DNA of 39,892 nt from positions 1-39,892 of IMG/VR virus record IMGVR_UViG_3300009117_000002. The stretch is one strand, 5' to 3'. The notes under the pieces were generated by a model. The model was not told the DNA's origin, did not search any database, and saw only the letters and a list, made by a program, of their open reading frames with translations. The translations under genes and the position numbers were made by a program. This DNA comes from a virus (taxonomy: Duplodnaviria; Caudoviricetes). Of the stretch, positions 28,065 to 37,492 are shown piece after piece. Each line of letters opens with the position of its first letter. Positions within the stretch are counted from its first letter, which is position 1.

Positions 28065-29480
28065 ATGGACATATTAACACTTGCACTGGCAAAGAAATAT
28101 ACCGATACCCGTATTTCCAACCTGGTTTCCAACCTGGGCATCAAGAAATATGGTGTGATCTTCACAGGCTCGGATACCGCCGGCGTCAGGACCGGCGACG
28201 CTATTGGTATGGTCGCAACGGCAGGGGTTGGTGATGAAGTAGTACAGAACGACTTCGACAATGTGTCATATTTCAACCGTCCTCTCTGCTGCGGGTACCA
28301 CGACGCGGACGGCAAGTTTCATGTGAATGCCTACCAGGGAGAACCGGGATTCGCCTTAGACGGCTCGAAGGGAGAGGTCTATTACGAGTGCACGCCATTC
28401 TACTGGAACGGCTCGTTCGACGCTCCTTCGGTGACGGGAACGCCCTGCGAAGGATATGAACTGGCCCCTATGTTTTTAAACCCTGTTGATAAGGTTTATC
28501 TGCCGTCATACTGGTCTTCACAGGTAGGCGGAAAAGCGACTTCAAGGAGTGGAGTGTTCCCAACTACCGGCTCGCTGAACTCTCATATGGCAAACATGAG
28601 GACATATCACGAGAAAGCCTGCACCGAAACGATAGCAGCTAGGATGAGCGAGTACGTTCTGCAACTGGTGGAGTTTGCGACCAGGGATGTACAGGTTATG
28701 ATGAGTTGCAGTGGTTTACCCTACAGCGTGAATCATGTGGCTGTCGTCGCCGAAACCGGCGTGAATAGGATAATTATTGCCAATGCTTATGCTGATCTGT
28801 TTGTAATTGGCCAGACTATAGCCATCGGTACCGCGGTGGGCGAAAGCCAGGTGTGCGAGAATAGGGTTGTCACTGCCATTGACAGCTATGACGCCGAGAA
28901 TAAAGCCATAAGCTTCGACGGCGCCGCCGTGAACGTAGCAGTCGGTAACATCGTATCATCCAGGGCGTGGAAAAACGGGGCAACGGATATCGTCCTAGCC
29001 TCCAGCGGGTCTCCCGTAAGCAACACCAGTGGTAAATACCCTTGTATCTGGCGAGGGAAGGTCGATCCCTGGGCGGATGGCTACTCAATGATATGCAATA
29101 TCCTGATCCAGCGCTCAGGGGAGCCTGATGCATATACTTATACCCCTTTTTGCCTGCCAGACCCGACAAAATATAATGCCGGGGCTATCACTGGCGATTA
29201 CGTTGAATTGAACTATTCCCTTCCCGGCGTAGATGGATATGCAAAATCTCTTCAGTCAGACTCAAGGTATAAGCATATAGCTTTACCGGCTGAGTTGGGG
29301 GCGAGCTCCTCGACTTACTTGGCAGCCTGGTACTCTTATCCGCGTAACGATGTTTGCGCTGTCCTTGCGGGCGGCCTCTGGAACGTCGGGCGTGACTGTT
29401 CGCCCGTCTACTTCAACTGCAGCAACGCTCCGGGGCGTGCGAGCTTAAGCTTTCTGGCGCGCCTTTTTGTAAACCGGTAA
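28065..29480 (+). CDS. DGR target protein (putative receptor-binding protein, CLec-fold C-terminus)
   Basis: C-terminal GG.W..G..C..VYFNC..AP......FLARL encoded by the VR. Confidence 0.85.
   Translation: MDILTLALAKKYTDTRISNLVSNLGIKKYGVIFTGSDTAGVRTGDAIGMVATAGVGDEVVQNDFDNVSYFNRPLCCGYHDADGKFHVNAYQGEPGFALDGSKGEVYYECTPFYWNGSFDAPSVTGTPCEGYELAPMFLNPVDKVYLPSYWSSQVGGKATSRSGVFPTTGSLNSHMANMRTYHEKACTETIAARMSEYVLQLVEFATRDVQVMMSCSGLPYSVNHVAVVAETGVNRIIIANAYADLFVIGQTIAIGTAVGESQVCENRVVTAIDSYDAENKAISFDGAAVNVAVGNIVSSRAWKNGATDIVLASSGSPVSNTSGKYPCIWRGKVDPWADGYSMICNILIQRSGEPDAYTYTPFCLPDPTKYNAGAITGDYVELNYSLPGVDGYAKSLQSDSRYKHIALPAELGASSSTYLAAWYSYPRNDVCAVLAGGLWNVGRDCSPVYFNCSNAPGRASLSFLARLFVNR
28212..28292 (+). repeat. 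81-bp exact direct repeat, copy 1 (copy 2 at 29713-29793)
   Basis: GTCGCAACGGCAGGGG...CCTCTCTGCTGC identical in both copies. Confidence 0.95.
29357..29464 (+). repeat. DGR variable region (VR)
   Basis: 108-bp ungapped match to 29537-29644; 11 mismatches, 10 opposite TR adenines. Confidence 0.93.
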
Positions 29481-29488
29481 CGGGGGTT

Positions 29489-29506
29489 TGGGGGCGGTAG
29501 CCCCCA
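29489..29506 (+). other. DGR target-recognition hairpin
   Basis: TGGGGGC-GGTA-GCCCCCA just downstream of the VR and stop codon. Confidence 0.8.
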
Positions 29507-29536
29507 TTAAAATATACAGGGATCAGGCATGCGCGT

Positions 29537-29644
29537 CGCTGTCCTTGCGGGCGGCAACTGGAACAACGGGCGTAACTGTTCGCCCGTCTACTTCAACTGC
29601 AACAACGCTCCGGGGAATGCGAACATCAGCTTTCTGGCGCGCCT
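29537..29644 (+). ncRNA. DGR template region (TR)
   Basis: AAC-rich copy of the VR, 180 bp downstream. Confidence 0.9.
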
Positions 29645-29712
29645 AATTTACAATAAAAAAGACAAATATAAAAAGATTTCCTTGCCTGGTTCCTTACCAA
29701 TTGGTAAAATTC

Positions 29713-29793
29713 GTCGCAACGGCAGGGGTTGGTGATGAAGTAGTACAGAACGACTTCGACAATGTGTCATATTTCAACCGTCCTCTCTGCTGC
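29713..29793 (+). repeat. 81-bp exact direct repeat, copy 2, at the expected RT locus
   Basis: Identical to 28212-28292. Confidence 0.95.
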
Positions 29794-30208
29794 AGAAGGC
29801 GCTTCCATGCCGCCGCCGTATGAAATCGAGCATGACGGGGAAACCGCTATAGTAGCGTTTTATACGAACGCAGTGCAGGTGGATGCTGTAGAGGACAAGG
29901 CCGAAAAATGGGAGTACGACGTGTACATTCTGCGCATCAGGGACAGGGCCGGCCTGTCTGCCAATATCGAAAGCAACTATGAGGCCTGGCTCCAACTGGC
30001 CAGGGACGCGGAATATGATGTTCTGGCCAGAGAGGTCAGGGGCAAGAGAGACAGACTGCTCACGGAGAGCGACTGGACGCAGATGCCGGACGTACCGCTT
30101 TCGGAGCCGGAACAGGATGCATGGCGAGCATACAGGCAGACGCTGCGGGCTGTGCCGCAGCAGCCCGGATTCCCATACTGGGTTGTATGGCCAAATATTA
30201 TTAGTTAA
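29762..30208 (+). CDS. Tail fiber assembly chaperone-like protein; N-terminus chimeric or uncertain
   Basis: VRGKRDRLLTESDWTQMPD.P......WRAYRQ.LR.VPQQ.GFP..V.WP; first ~10 codons come from the duplicated segment. Confidence 0.75.
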   Translation: MCHISTVLSAAEGASMPPPYEIEHDGETAIVAFYTNAVQVDAVEDKAEKWEYDVYILRIRDRAGLSANIESNYEAWLQLARDAEYDVLAREVRGKRDRLLTESDWTQMPDVPLSEPEQDAWRAYRQTLRAVPQQPGFPYWVVWPNIIS

Positions 30209-30253
30209 TTTAACGCCCGCAAGGGCTTATTTTATTTCTAAGGAGGAGAAACG

Positions 30254-30667
30254 ATGAACAATATCTTATCATGGCTAAAGGCAGCCTTTGTCCTGCTGGG
30301 GGGCACAATAACAGGATTCCTGGGAGGGTGGGACTTGGCGCTGCAGATCTTAGTTTTATTCGTTATCCTTGATTACATCACCGGTTTAGTAGCTGCCTGG
30401 TTTAAGAAAAATCTCAACAGTGAAGTTGGTTTTAAGGGAATTTTCAAGAAGGTGCTGCTGTTTATCCCGGTGGCGATCTGCTATGCGCTTGACCAGGTTA
30501 TCGGTCAGGAGATTCTTCGATCCTTGGCAATTTTCTTCTACATTGCGAACGAAGGACTGAGCATCACAGAAAACCTGGGCTTATGTGGGGTACCGGTTCC
30601 TCAGCAGCTGATGGACGCCTTAGAGCAGTTGAAGAAGCGGGGAGAGGGTAAGGAGAGTGATGCATAA
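30254..30667 (+). CDS. Holin (Phage_holin_4_1-like)
   Basis: FLGGWD..L..L......[17 protein letters not shown]....GVP.P. Confidence 0.92.
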   Translation: MNNILSWLKAAFVLLGGTITGFLGGWDLALQILVLFVILDYITGLVAAWFKKNLNSEVGFKGIFKKVLLFIPVAICYALDQVIGQEILRSLAIFFYIANEGLSITENLGLCGVPVPQQLMDALEQLKKRGEGKESDA

Positions 30668-31842
30668 TGGTGGCACTACTCGGTATGGACGTATCCGAAC
30701 ACAATGCCGTAATTGACTGGGGCAAGGTGAAGGCCGAGGGGCGAATCAAGTATGCCATGATCCGCTGCGGGTTCGGCCAGAACTTTACCAGTCAGGACGA
30801 CAAGTATTTCGAGCGGAACGTTAAAGAGGCTGAACGGGTGGGCATCCCCTGGGGGCCTTACCTCTACAGCTACGCTCTGGACACGAAGCAGGCAGAATCC
30901 GAGGTTGAGCACGTTTTGCGGCTGATAAAAGGGAAGAGCCCACAATACCCCGTCGCTTTCGACATGGAAGACGCGGATGGCTATAAAAACAAGCGCGGCG
31001 TGATGGGGAATCATGCGCTGCTGGTGGATATCTGCGACAGGTTTCTTTCCTTGATTGCAGTGAAAGGATATCCGGTGTTGCTCTATGCCAGCAAGTACTG
31101 GCTAGAAAACATCCTGAACTCCTCGAAGCTAGACAAATACCCGAAGTGGGTCGCACAGTGGGCAAAGGAGTGCACCTATGCCGGAACAAGACAAATGTGG
31201 CAGTTTACTAGCGATGGAGTGGTCGCGGGTATCAGTGGCAGGGTAGATTTAAATTACTGCCATGTTGATTATTTGGCCGGCCAGAAACCGGCGCCCACAC
31301 CGACATCTCAGCCCACAAGCACAGAGAAGTATACCGTAGTGGTTACAGTACCGGCCTACTACACCGCAGCGGACGCGGCGGCCTTGAGAGACAAGCGGGG
31401 AACGGTCAGCCCTGGGAGCTATTATGTCTTCAACCGGAGCCAGGGGATGATCAACGTCACTAAGACCGCAGGATCACCGGGCAGCTGGATCAACCCCGCA
31501 GATAACGTACAGAAACAGGCAGCGGTTCAGACAGCGGCAAGCACATATACAGTCGTTTCCGGAGACACCTTGAGCGGAATTGCGGCCAAGTTTGGAACGA
31601 CTTATCAGAAATTAGCTCAGATAAACGGGATCGAGAATCCGGATCTGATTTATCCCGGCCAGGTGCTGAAGCTGACAGGGACCGCGGCCGCATCTTCCGC
31701 TGTTTATTACACGGTTAAAAAAGGGGACACCCTTTCAGAAATCGCAAGCCGGTACGGGACAACATATCAGAAATTGGCTAAGGAAAACGGGATCAAGAAT
31801 CCCAATCTGATCTACCCCGGGCAAAAGCTGCGGATAAAATAA
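30667..31842 (+). CDS. Endolysin: GH25 muramidase plus two LysM domains
   Basis: [21 protein letters not shown]...VDLN; two YTV..GDTLS.IA LysM repeats. Confidence 0.93.
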   Translation: MVALLGMDVSEHNAVIDWGKVKAEGRIKYAMIRCGFGQNFTSQDDKYFERNVKEAERVGIPWGPYLYSYALDTKQAESEVEHVLRLIKGKSPQYPVAFDMEDADGYKNKRGVMGNHALLVDICDRFLSLIAVKGYPVLLYASKYWLENILNSSKLDKYPKWVAQWAKECTYAGTRQMWQFTSDGVVAGISGRVDLNYCHVDYLAGQKPAPTPTSQPTSTEKYTVVVTVPAYYTAADAAALRDKRGTVSPGSYYVFNRSQGMINVTKTAGSPGSWINPADNVQKQAAVQTAASTYTVVSGDTLSGIAAKFGTTYQKLAQINGIENPDLIYPGQVLKLTGTAAASSAVYYTVKKGDTLSEIASRYGTTYQKLAKENGIKNPNLIYPGQKLRIK

Positions 31843-31845
31843 AAT

Positions 31846-31861
31846 TATTTCACGTGAAATA
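31846..31861. promoter_or_regulatory. TATTTCACGTGAAATA palindrome, copy 3
   Basis: Exact 16-bp palindrome between the lysin stop and terminator. Confidence 0.7.
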
Positions 31862-31862
31862 T

Positions 31863-31887
31863 GCCCCTCCTCCGGGAGGGGTTTTTT
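31863..31887 (+). terminator. Terminator of the late/lysis operon
   Basis: CCCCTCC-TCCG-GGAGGGG followed by a T run. Confidence 0.85.
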
Positions 31888-32057
31888 GTTTCGGTTGCCT
31901 GCTATCTGGGATATCTATTTCTATTACTTCATAACCTATATTGAATAGAGTGTAAAATCGATTTAATTGAGGGAGGAACTCAAATACTTTTAAAGAAGTT
32001 AAATGAGGATAGAACATAAATGGCTAGTATAATTTTGTTTGTTGGGAAGGGTGGATA

Positions 32058-32666
32058 TTGATGTTATTGTGTGACGGTGATATCCGAGCTGCTTTAAAAG
32101 CGGAATTATCAGATGAATTTGCTGGTACTCGAACTATCATCGTCGATGAACTACCTATCTGTTGGGGTGATACCCGAATAGATATTGCAGTAGTCAATAG
32201 CAGCCTTTACGGGTATGAAATTAAAAGTGACAGAGATACTTTGGAGCGGTTGCCGCGGCAGGTCGAACTGTATAACAAAATATTTGATAAATTGACGCTT
32301 GTGTGTAGCCCACGGTTGATTTCTAAGGCTAAGGAAATGCTCCCTGATTGGTGGGGTATACAAATTACGCTTGCTGACATAACTATGCCGGAAGGTGTAC
32401 GTCTTGAAAAAGAGCGAGATCCACAACCCAATGAGCATGTGGATCTACGCAGTTTAATTGAGCTAACTTGGAAAGAGGAAGCAATTAACATACTTGCCGC
32501 TCGTGGTATGGCTCGTGGTTTCCGTAGTCGTCCGAGATGGGATATATGGGATCGTATTGTTGAAATGATAGAGCCAAGTGAAATTAAAACAGCTGTTCGT
32601 GATTGTCTTAGGGCTCGTGTTGGATGGAGGAAACCTGAGACGCTACAAAGGTTATATGATGACTAA
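32058..32666 (+). CDS. sce7726-family protein (PD-(D/E)XK-like)
   Basis: D.DIR, RIDIAVVN..LYGYEIKSDRDTLERLPRQ...Y..IFD, LPDWWGI. Confidence 0.8.
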   Translation: MMLLCDGDIRAALKAELSDEFAGTRTIIVDELPICWGDTRIDIAVVNSSLYGYEIKSDRDTLERLPRQVELYNKIFDKLTLVCSPRLISKAKEMLPDWWGIQITLADITMPEGVRLEKERDPQPNEHVDLRSLIELTWKEEAINILAARGMARGFRSRPRWDIWDRIVEMIEPSEIKTAVRDCLRARVGWRKPETLQRLYDD

Positions 32667-33633
32667 TATCATTCGTAACCCAATTTGCAGGGCTGCCTGG
32701 ACCCCACTCTCCATCTGCACATTGCCGAATCCTGGAATCCCCGAAGCTAAACCCTGCACCCAGAAAATATGAAGAGCCAGCAATTTCTCTAGCTTGTTCT
32801 TGGCGCTGGTTGTCTCTTCCTCTAGGCCGATGCCCCTTAATCACAAACCATCTATCTTCTAGCGTGTATTTTATTTTTGGAGCTCCACGGTAAGGCACCT
32901 CCTCGAATTCAGCAGGGACAGTAGTATAGTCGCCATATAATAAGCCTGAGAGCTCTTGAATGCTTTGGGCTCGGCGCCATAATTGCCAATCATAGCGATG
33001 AATTTGTTCGCTGTGATCTGTTTCAATGTTAAGCTTGTTTGGGATAGCACCACTAATAACTATTTTTCTACGATATCCGTTTCCAAATTGCTCTACCAAA
33101 TCACGGAGCATACGTATCTTCGCTCGTACATGACCTCTCGAAATGTCACGCAGATCGATGATTAAGTCGACATTTGCTTCCCTAACGCCCAAGGAATTAA
33201 TCATTTCTGTGGCATCAGAGCTGGCTGCATCTTCTTCATCTTCGTTTATACGTAAAGCCACGTTATCAAAGTATCCTGAGCTATGAGCCTGTTGAATAAT
33301 ACTGAAAATATCCGGATCCATGTCAATATAAAAAATCGGTATTAATAAAAGCCTTTGTTGGTGTGCCGTTCTGAGAAGGGTTAACGCTGGGTGATCAGCT
33401 CCATCAGGCGCTCCACCGTAATCAACTGCTGATAAATCAAGATAGAAGGGCCGATCTGTACCCCAATAGCGAATAGCGTTCGAGCAAAAATCATCGAATT
33501 TCCGGTCCTCGCAACCGCAACCAAGTGGAAACTCAATTATAGGGACAATTCGCTCCTTTACTTCAGGAGCCAAGTTCGCCAGAGCAGCCTGCTCGCCTTG
33601 TTTCCACCGTAGCACTGGAAAGTAAATAGACAT
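32608..33633 (-). CDS. Beta-protein family (sce7725-like)
   Basis: Y.PVLRWKQGE..AL, PIIE, YGDY, KIKYT, W....ISHHI. Confidence 0.75.
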   Translation of the reverse strand: MSIYFPVLRWKQGEQAALANLAPEVKERIVPIIEFPLGCGCEDRKFDDFCSNAIRYWGTDRPFYLDLSAVDYGGAPDGADHPALTLLRTAHQQRLLLIPIFYIDMDPDIFSIIQQAHSSGYFDNVALRINEDEEDAASSDATEMINSLGVREANVDLIIDLRDISRGHVRAKIRMLRDLVEQFGNGYRRKIVISGAIPNKLNIETDHSEQIHRYDWQLWRRAQSIQELSGLLYGDYTTVPAEFEEVPYRGAPKIKYTLEDRWFVIKGHRPRGRDNQRQEQAREIAGSSYFLGAGFSFGDSRIRQCADGEWGPGSPANWVTNDISHHITFVASQVSSIQHEP

Positions 33634-33788
33634 TGTACGGTCCTCCTTAGATTATAAAATTTCTTATATTATTGGTACGACATAATTATGGAAAAGTCCT
33701 CTTTATTTTCCTCTTAAACAGTTTTTGATTTTGATCTTTTGTCACCCCCCACCCCGGGGGTGTTTTTTTGCTTTCTGTTGTGCCGATA

Positions 33789-35417
33789 TTACAACCCTGT
33801 TACCCGTTTCGGTCTCTTGTATTCTTTTTGGGTTACTATACAGTCCCCGTTAGGGCTACCCCCAGTAACCCAAAAGTTACTACCATGATCCCCGTCAGGG
33901 TCTTTACCGGCGGGGATTTTGATTTTTGTAATCACCTCTACTCTATCATCATGGACAATAACTTTTTCAACAAAAAGCTGAATGATCTGCTTGACCCTTT
34001 GCGGATCGTCTGCGTTCTTAAATTCTTTTTCTGCTCTTTCCAGCATTTCATCCACGAGGCCAATTTCAATCGGCTTTTCTTTTTTCACTTCCAGGTTGAG
34101 CAGTTCATTCCGCAGTTCCCCTTTTTTATCCTCCTGGATTTCTAGCCGCTCGATGAGTGCAGCGCTGCCTTTCCCCAGTTCTATAGCCCCAATCAAATTA
34201 TTAATAATCTTGTCTATCCCCGCAATTTCTTTTTTTATCTGCGTGATGCGTTTATCAAGGCTTTGCGGCCTGGCCTGCAGGTACCGCTCAAACTTCTTCC
34301 TTAGTTCGGCCTTTGCTCTAGGGGAGAGAATATTCTGCTTTATGTCGTCAATGACTATCTGCTCCACAATCTCTTTTCTGATTGTTTTAGCCTTGCACTC
34401 CTTGGAGCGGTCCTTTAACCCGCACTTATAATAGGCGTACCTTTTCTTTGCCGTCTTACCTACATTCCGATTGCCGACAAAAGCTGACCCGCATTGGCCG
34501 CAGAAGATCAGTCCTGAGAGCAGATACACTTCTTTTGCCTTGCCTCTGGCACGCTCGCCAAGGGATTGCTTCCGCTTGTCCATCTTGATTTGCACCCTCC
34601 CCCAGAGTTCCCTTGGCACGATCGCCGGGAAAGCATCTGGTACTCGCATAACCTTTTTCCCGCCCTTCCTGTGCCTCTTCTTCGTCCCTTTCCCGAAAAT
34701 AAACGTTCCGGTGTATTTTTCATTCCGGAGGATATCGTGTATAGAGTTCTTGGCCAGCGGCCGGCCGCGCAGCCGGATCGCATCTTCTTTGGTGGCGGCC
34801 TGGATGTTTGCATAAGTTTCCCCGGCATCATACATCGCAAATATCCTCTTAACCACCGGCGCCTGGTCCGGGTGGATGTCATATGTCTTAATGGTGACGG
34901 TCTTGCCTTTTTTACCTGTTATCTCGTGAGGGATAAGCTTTAGGCCAAAAGGTGGGATGCCTCCTGTGTGCCAGCCACGCAAAGCGTTTTCGGTGAGGCC
35001 CTTCATCGTCTCCCTGGCCAGGTTGGCACTATTCCACTGGGCAACGGTTTCCAGTATGCCCTCCATCATCTCGCCTTCCGGGGTATCGTCTATATGCTGA
35101 GAGGCATATCCTATCTGTATGCCGTATTTTTTTCGCAGGTCGCGCTTATAAAGTGCCGAATCGCATTTATCCCGGGAAAAACGGTCAACGGCATCGACTA
35201 CGACGACATCAAACGCTCCTTCCTTTGCGTCAGACATCATCTGTTGAAATTGAGCGCGATCGTCCGTTGTGCCGGTTAAGGCTTCATCGGGATATATTTT
35301 TGTGAGGACATGCCCCTCCCGCTGAATATACTCTTTGCATAACCGCACCTGGGCGTCGATAGATTCGTCTCGCTGGTTTTCCGATGAAAATCTTGCATAG
35401 ATTACTGCACGTAGCAT
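33789..35417 (-). CDS. int: Large serine recombinase (integrase)
   Basis: YARFSS catalytic Ser, DRFSR, GGIPPFG, ILRNEKYTG, LLSGLIFCGQCG zinc ribbon, coiled coil. Confidence 0.95.
   Translation of the reverse strand: MLRAVIYARFSSENQRDESIDAQVRLCKEYIQREGHVLTKIYPDEALTGTTDDRAQFQQMMSDAKEGAFDVVVVDAVDRFSRDKCDSALYKRDLRKKYGIQIGYASQHIDDTPEGEMMEGILETVAQWNSANLARETMKGLTENALRGWHTGGIPPFGLKLIPHEITGKKGKTVTIKTYDIHPDQAPVVKRIFAMYDAGETYANIQAATKEDAIRLRGRPLAKNSIHDILRNEKYTGTFIFGKGTKKRHRKGGKKVMRVPDAFPAIVPRELWGRVQIKMDKRKQSLGERARGKAKEVYLLSGLIFCGQCGSAFVGNRNVGKTAKKRYAYYKCGLKDRSKECKAKTIRKEIVEQIVIDDIKQNILSPRAKAELRKKFERYLQARPQSLDKRITQIKKEIAGIDKIINNLIGAIELGKGSAALIERLEIQEDKKGELRNELLNLEVKKEKPIEIGLVDEMLERAEKEFKNADDPQRVKQIIQLFVEKVIVHDDRVEVITKIKIPAGKDPDGDHGSNFWVTGGSPNGDCIVTQKEYKRPKRVTGL
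33826..33875. other. Predicted attP (50 bp), within the int 3' end
   Basis: 12-bp perfect inverted arms TTTTGGGTTACT / AGTAACCCAAAA centred on TT 33850-33851. Confidence 0.65.
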
Positions 35418-35437
35418 TATAAGCGTTCCTTTCTAAT

Positions 35438-35950
35438 CTAAATGAGAACTCTAGTTCGGGTATTTTGTAAAAAAAAATTATACTTTAAGCGCTTATAATT
35501 ATTGCTATAAAATAATGCTTTTGAGATATCCTTGCGATACTGTACCAATTCAATTTTAACGCCGAAAGCTTCTATTATTTCATAATCCGTTTCGCCTTTT
35601 ACTAGATGCGTCTCAAATACACCAACAGGCATAAGAAAGTAAGCAGCAAATGCCTTAGCTTGAGCCTCATTTTTATCAACAACAATCGGGTTAAGCAAAG
35701 CTGTGTTGCCACAATGGTACATGTGCGCTACTTCATGGACTAAGTATTCCCGACGATGCTTGCTTCCCAAGGCTTGTCCAATATAAATAACCTTATCGCA
35801 GAAGGCAGCTCGGCTTAGATATCTAGTAATCTGAATATCAATACCTTCACCGTAGATAACATGCTCTATTACTTCTATCGGTACCGGGAATTCACGAACG
35901 CGGTATTTCTGTAGTAGCTTATTAGCTTTTTCGGCCATGAATATATACAT
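35438..35950 (-). CDS. ImmA/IrrE family metallopeptidase (anti-repressor)
   Basis: HEVAH; E.QA..FAAYFLMP; lies between int and the repressor. Confidence 0.85.
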   Translation of the reverse strand: MYIFMAEKANKLLQKYRVREFPVPIEVIEHVIYGEGIDIQITRYLSRAAFCDKVIYIGQALGSKHRREYLVHEVAHMYHCGNTALLNPIVVDKNEAQAKAFAAYFLMPVGVFETHLVKGETDYEIIEAFGVKIELVQYRKDISKALFYSNNYKRLKYNFFLQNTRTRVLI

Positions 35951-36686
35951 AAGCTTGCTCCTTACCTGTGTATTTTTTTTTCAGCCTCTCTATCCTACCT
36001 GCATAACCGCTTTTCGTGTTATCCTCTAAGCCATAATCTAGTGCTAAATTACAGACTTCGATTGCTTCTTGGTATCTGCCTTGTCTTTCAAATATGATTG
36101 CAAGTCTTTGGAAGGAGGGAACGAATAGATTAAAGGTAACGGTTTTGGCTTGCTCTAGAAATTTTTTGCGCTCTGCCTTACTATATATTTGGCTATTTGA
36201 TAGATTTATATATAACTCCACCCTCTCTTTTACATATTCTTTCTTGAATCTAGGGAATAAAGCAATATCATCCCTGCAATATCTGATGCACCTTTCAATC
36301 CATTCTGGGCTTTCATCTCTTCTTTTATAAAACAATTTAATAAAATGATTAAATGTAAAGTGTAAGTCTATTGCATTATTGCTTCTTGTTATAGATTCAT
36401 TAAGCAGTTTATCTGCCAACTCAAATTTTTTCTTACCAATCGCCCAGTCTGCATAAATCCAAAGGAAACTGGACGCTGTTTGTGTTGTACTAACTTCTAC
36501 TTCCGGGCTATCTATATATTTTGGATCGTCAAACCCACCTAAAGAAAGGGCGGAGCATTGCCTAATAAATTCTCGCTCTTCAGGCAAAAGAGAATCCCAA
36601 AATCCAGATAGTTTAAGGAATGCTATTTTCCCCCCATATTTCTTTCGCAGCTTTTTTCCCTTTATCCTTAAAAAATTGAATAACAT
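35922..36686 (-). CDS. TPR-like helical accessory protein in the lysogeny operon
   Basis: FQRLAIIFERQGRYQEAIEVC; low GC. Confidence 0.7.
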   Translation of the reverse strand: MLFNFLRIKGKKLRKKYGGKIAFLKLSGFWDSLLPEEREFIRQCSALSLGGFDDPKYIDSPEVEVSTTQTASSFLWIYADWAIGKKKFELADKLLNESITRSNNAIDLHFTFNHFIKLFYKRRDESPEWIERCIRYCRDDIALFPRFKKEYVKERVELYINLSNSQIYSKAERKKFLEQAKTVTFNLFVPSFQRLAIIFERQGRYQEAIEVCNLALDYGLEDNTKSGYAGRIERLKKKYTGKEQAYVYIHGRKS

Positions 36687-37091
36687 CTAGGTTGCTTTTC
36701 CTTTCTTCTGTTCCCTCCTTGCTTTTAACCCCTGAAGAAATATTTTGAGATTTTCTTTTTCGTCATCAGTCATCCCTTTGAGATTAGAAAATTGTAGGGT
36801 TATATCGGGCCCAAGCTCCTTCATGATCCGGGTCACTTCATCATCCAGTGTGGTGTTAAGTGACATAGTCTCTTTGCGATTAGGAGTGCGGCAGAGGAGA
36901 TAATCGGTACTGCAATCGAGGATGTCTGCCAACTTTTTTAGAGTATGAGAATCAGGAATCCTATTTAAGGCAGGATTTTCATACTGGGAAATGGTAGAGC
37001 TGCTTTCTAAATTCAGCATTTTGGCAAGCTCGGTTTGTCTTAACCCTTTTTCTTCTCTTAGATATCGAAGGCGTTCTCCAAAAGTATTCAT
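36687..37091 (-). CDS. CI/ImmR-like XRE repressor
   Basis: FGERLRYLREEKGLRQTELA...ISQYE...STDYLL. Confidence 0.9.
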   Translation of the reverse strand: MNTFGERLRYLREEKGLRQTELAKMLNLESSSTISQYENPALNRIPDSHTLKKLADILDCSTDYLLCRTPNRKETMSLNTTLDDEVTRIMKELGPDITLQFSNLKGMTDDEKENLKIFLQGLKARREQKKGKAT

Positions 37092-37134
37092 TTACACAAC
37101 CTATCCTTATATTGATTAAGCTTTTACTATTTTA

Positions 37135-37471
37135 TCACGTTACGTGAAAAATATAATTTTTTTTCACAAAAATAAAAAAATAGGGTTGACTTTCATGCTG
37201 CGTGAATTATAATGATATTAGTTGATTTCACGCAGCATGAAACAGAGGCGGTGGCATAATGAAACCTAAAACATTGCTTAAATTAACTAGAGAACGAAAA
37301 AATGAAACGATAACAAGCATGGCAAATAAGCTTAATATCTGTATTAGCAGGTATTACATGATAGAGTCCGGCGAAAGGCCGGCCACTCCCGACATCGCAG
37401 CTCGGATATCTGAAATCTTAGACGTGAAGCAAGAGGATATTTTTTTGCCCCAAAGCTTCACGGCACGTGAT
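37135..37471. promoter_or_regulatory. Immunity switch: four operators (TTCAYG-N3-CRTGAA) and early lytic promoter
   Basis: Sites at ~37134, 37192, 37227 and 37457; TTGACT 37186-37191 / TATAAT 37208-37213 flank one operator. Confidence 0.75.
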
Positions 37472-37492
37472 GAAAACCGTTTCACAGCCTAA
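37259..37492 (+). CDS. Cro-like XRE HTH protein
   Basis: MANKLNI....YYMIESGER.....A..IS..L.V..EDIF; divergent from the repressor. Confidence 0.85.
   Translation: MKPKTLLKLTRERKNETITSMANKLNICISRYYMIESGERPATPDIAARISEILDVKQEDIFLPQSFTARDENRFTA

Noticed and set aside
29529-29735. 68-aa ORF resembling the target protein C-terminus
   Set aside because: It is the DGR template region read in frame, Asn-rich from AAC codons; not likely a protein gene
31540-31842. Internal sequence duplication in the endolysin
   Set aside because: Ordinary tandem LysM domains
35166-35181. TTTATCCCGGGAAAAA resembling a Noc-binding site
   Set aside because: Imperfect, single copy and inside the conserved DRFSRD codons of the integrase
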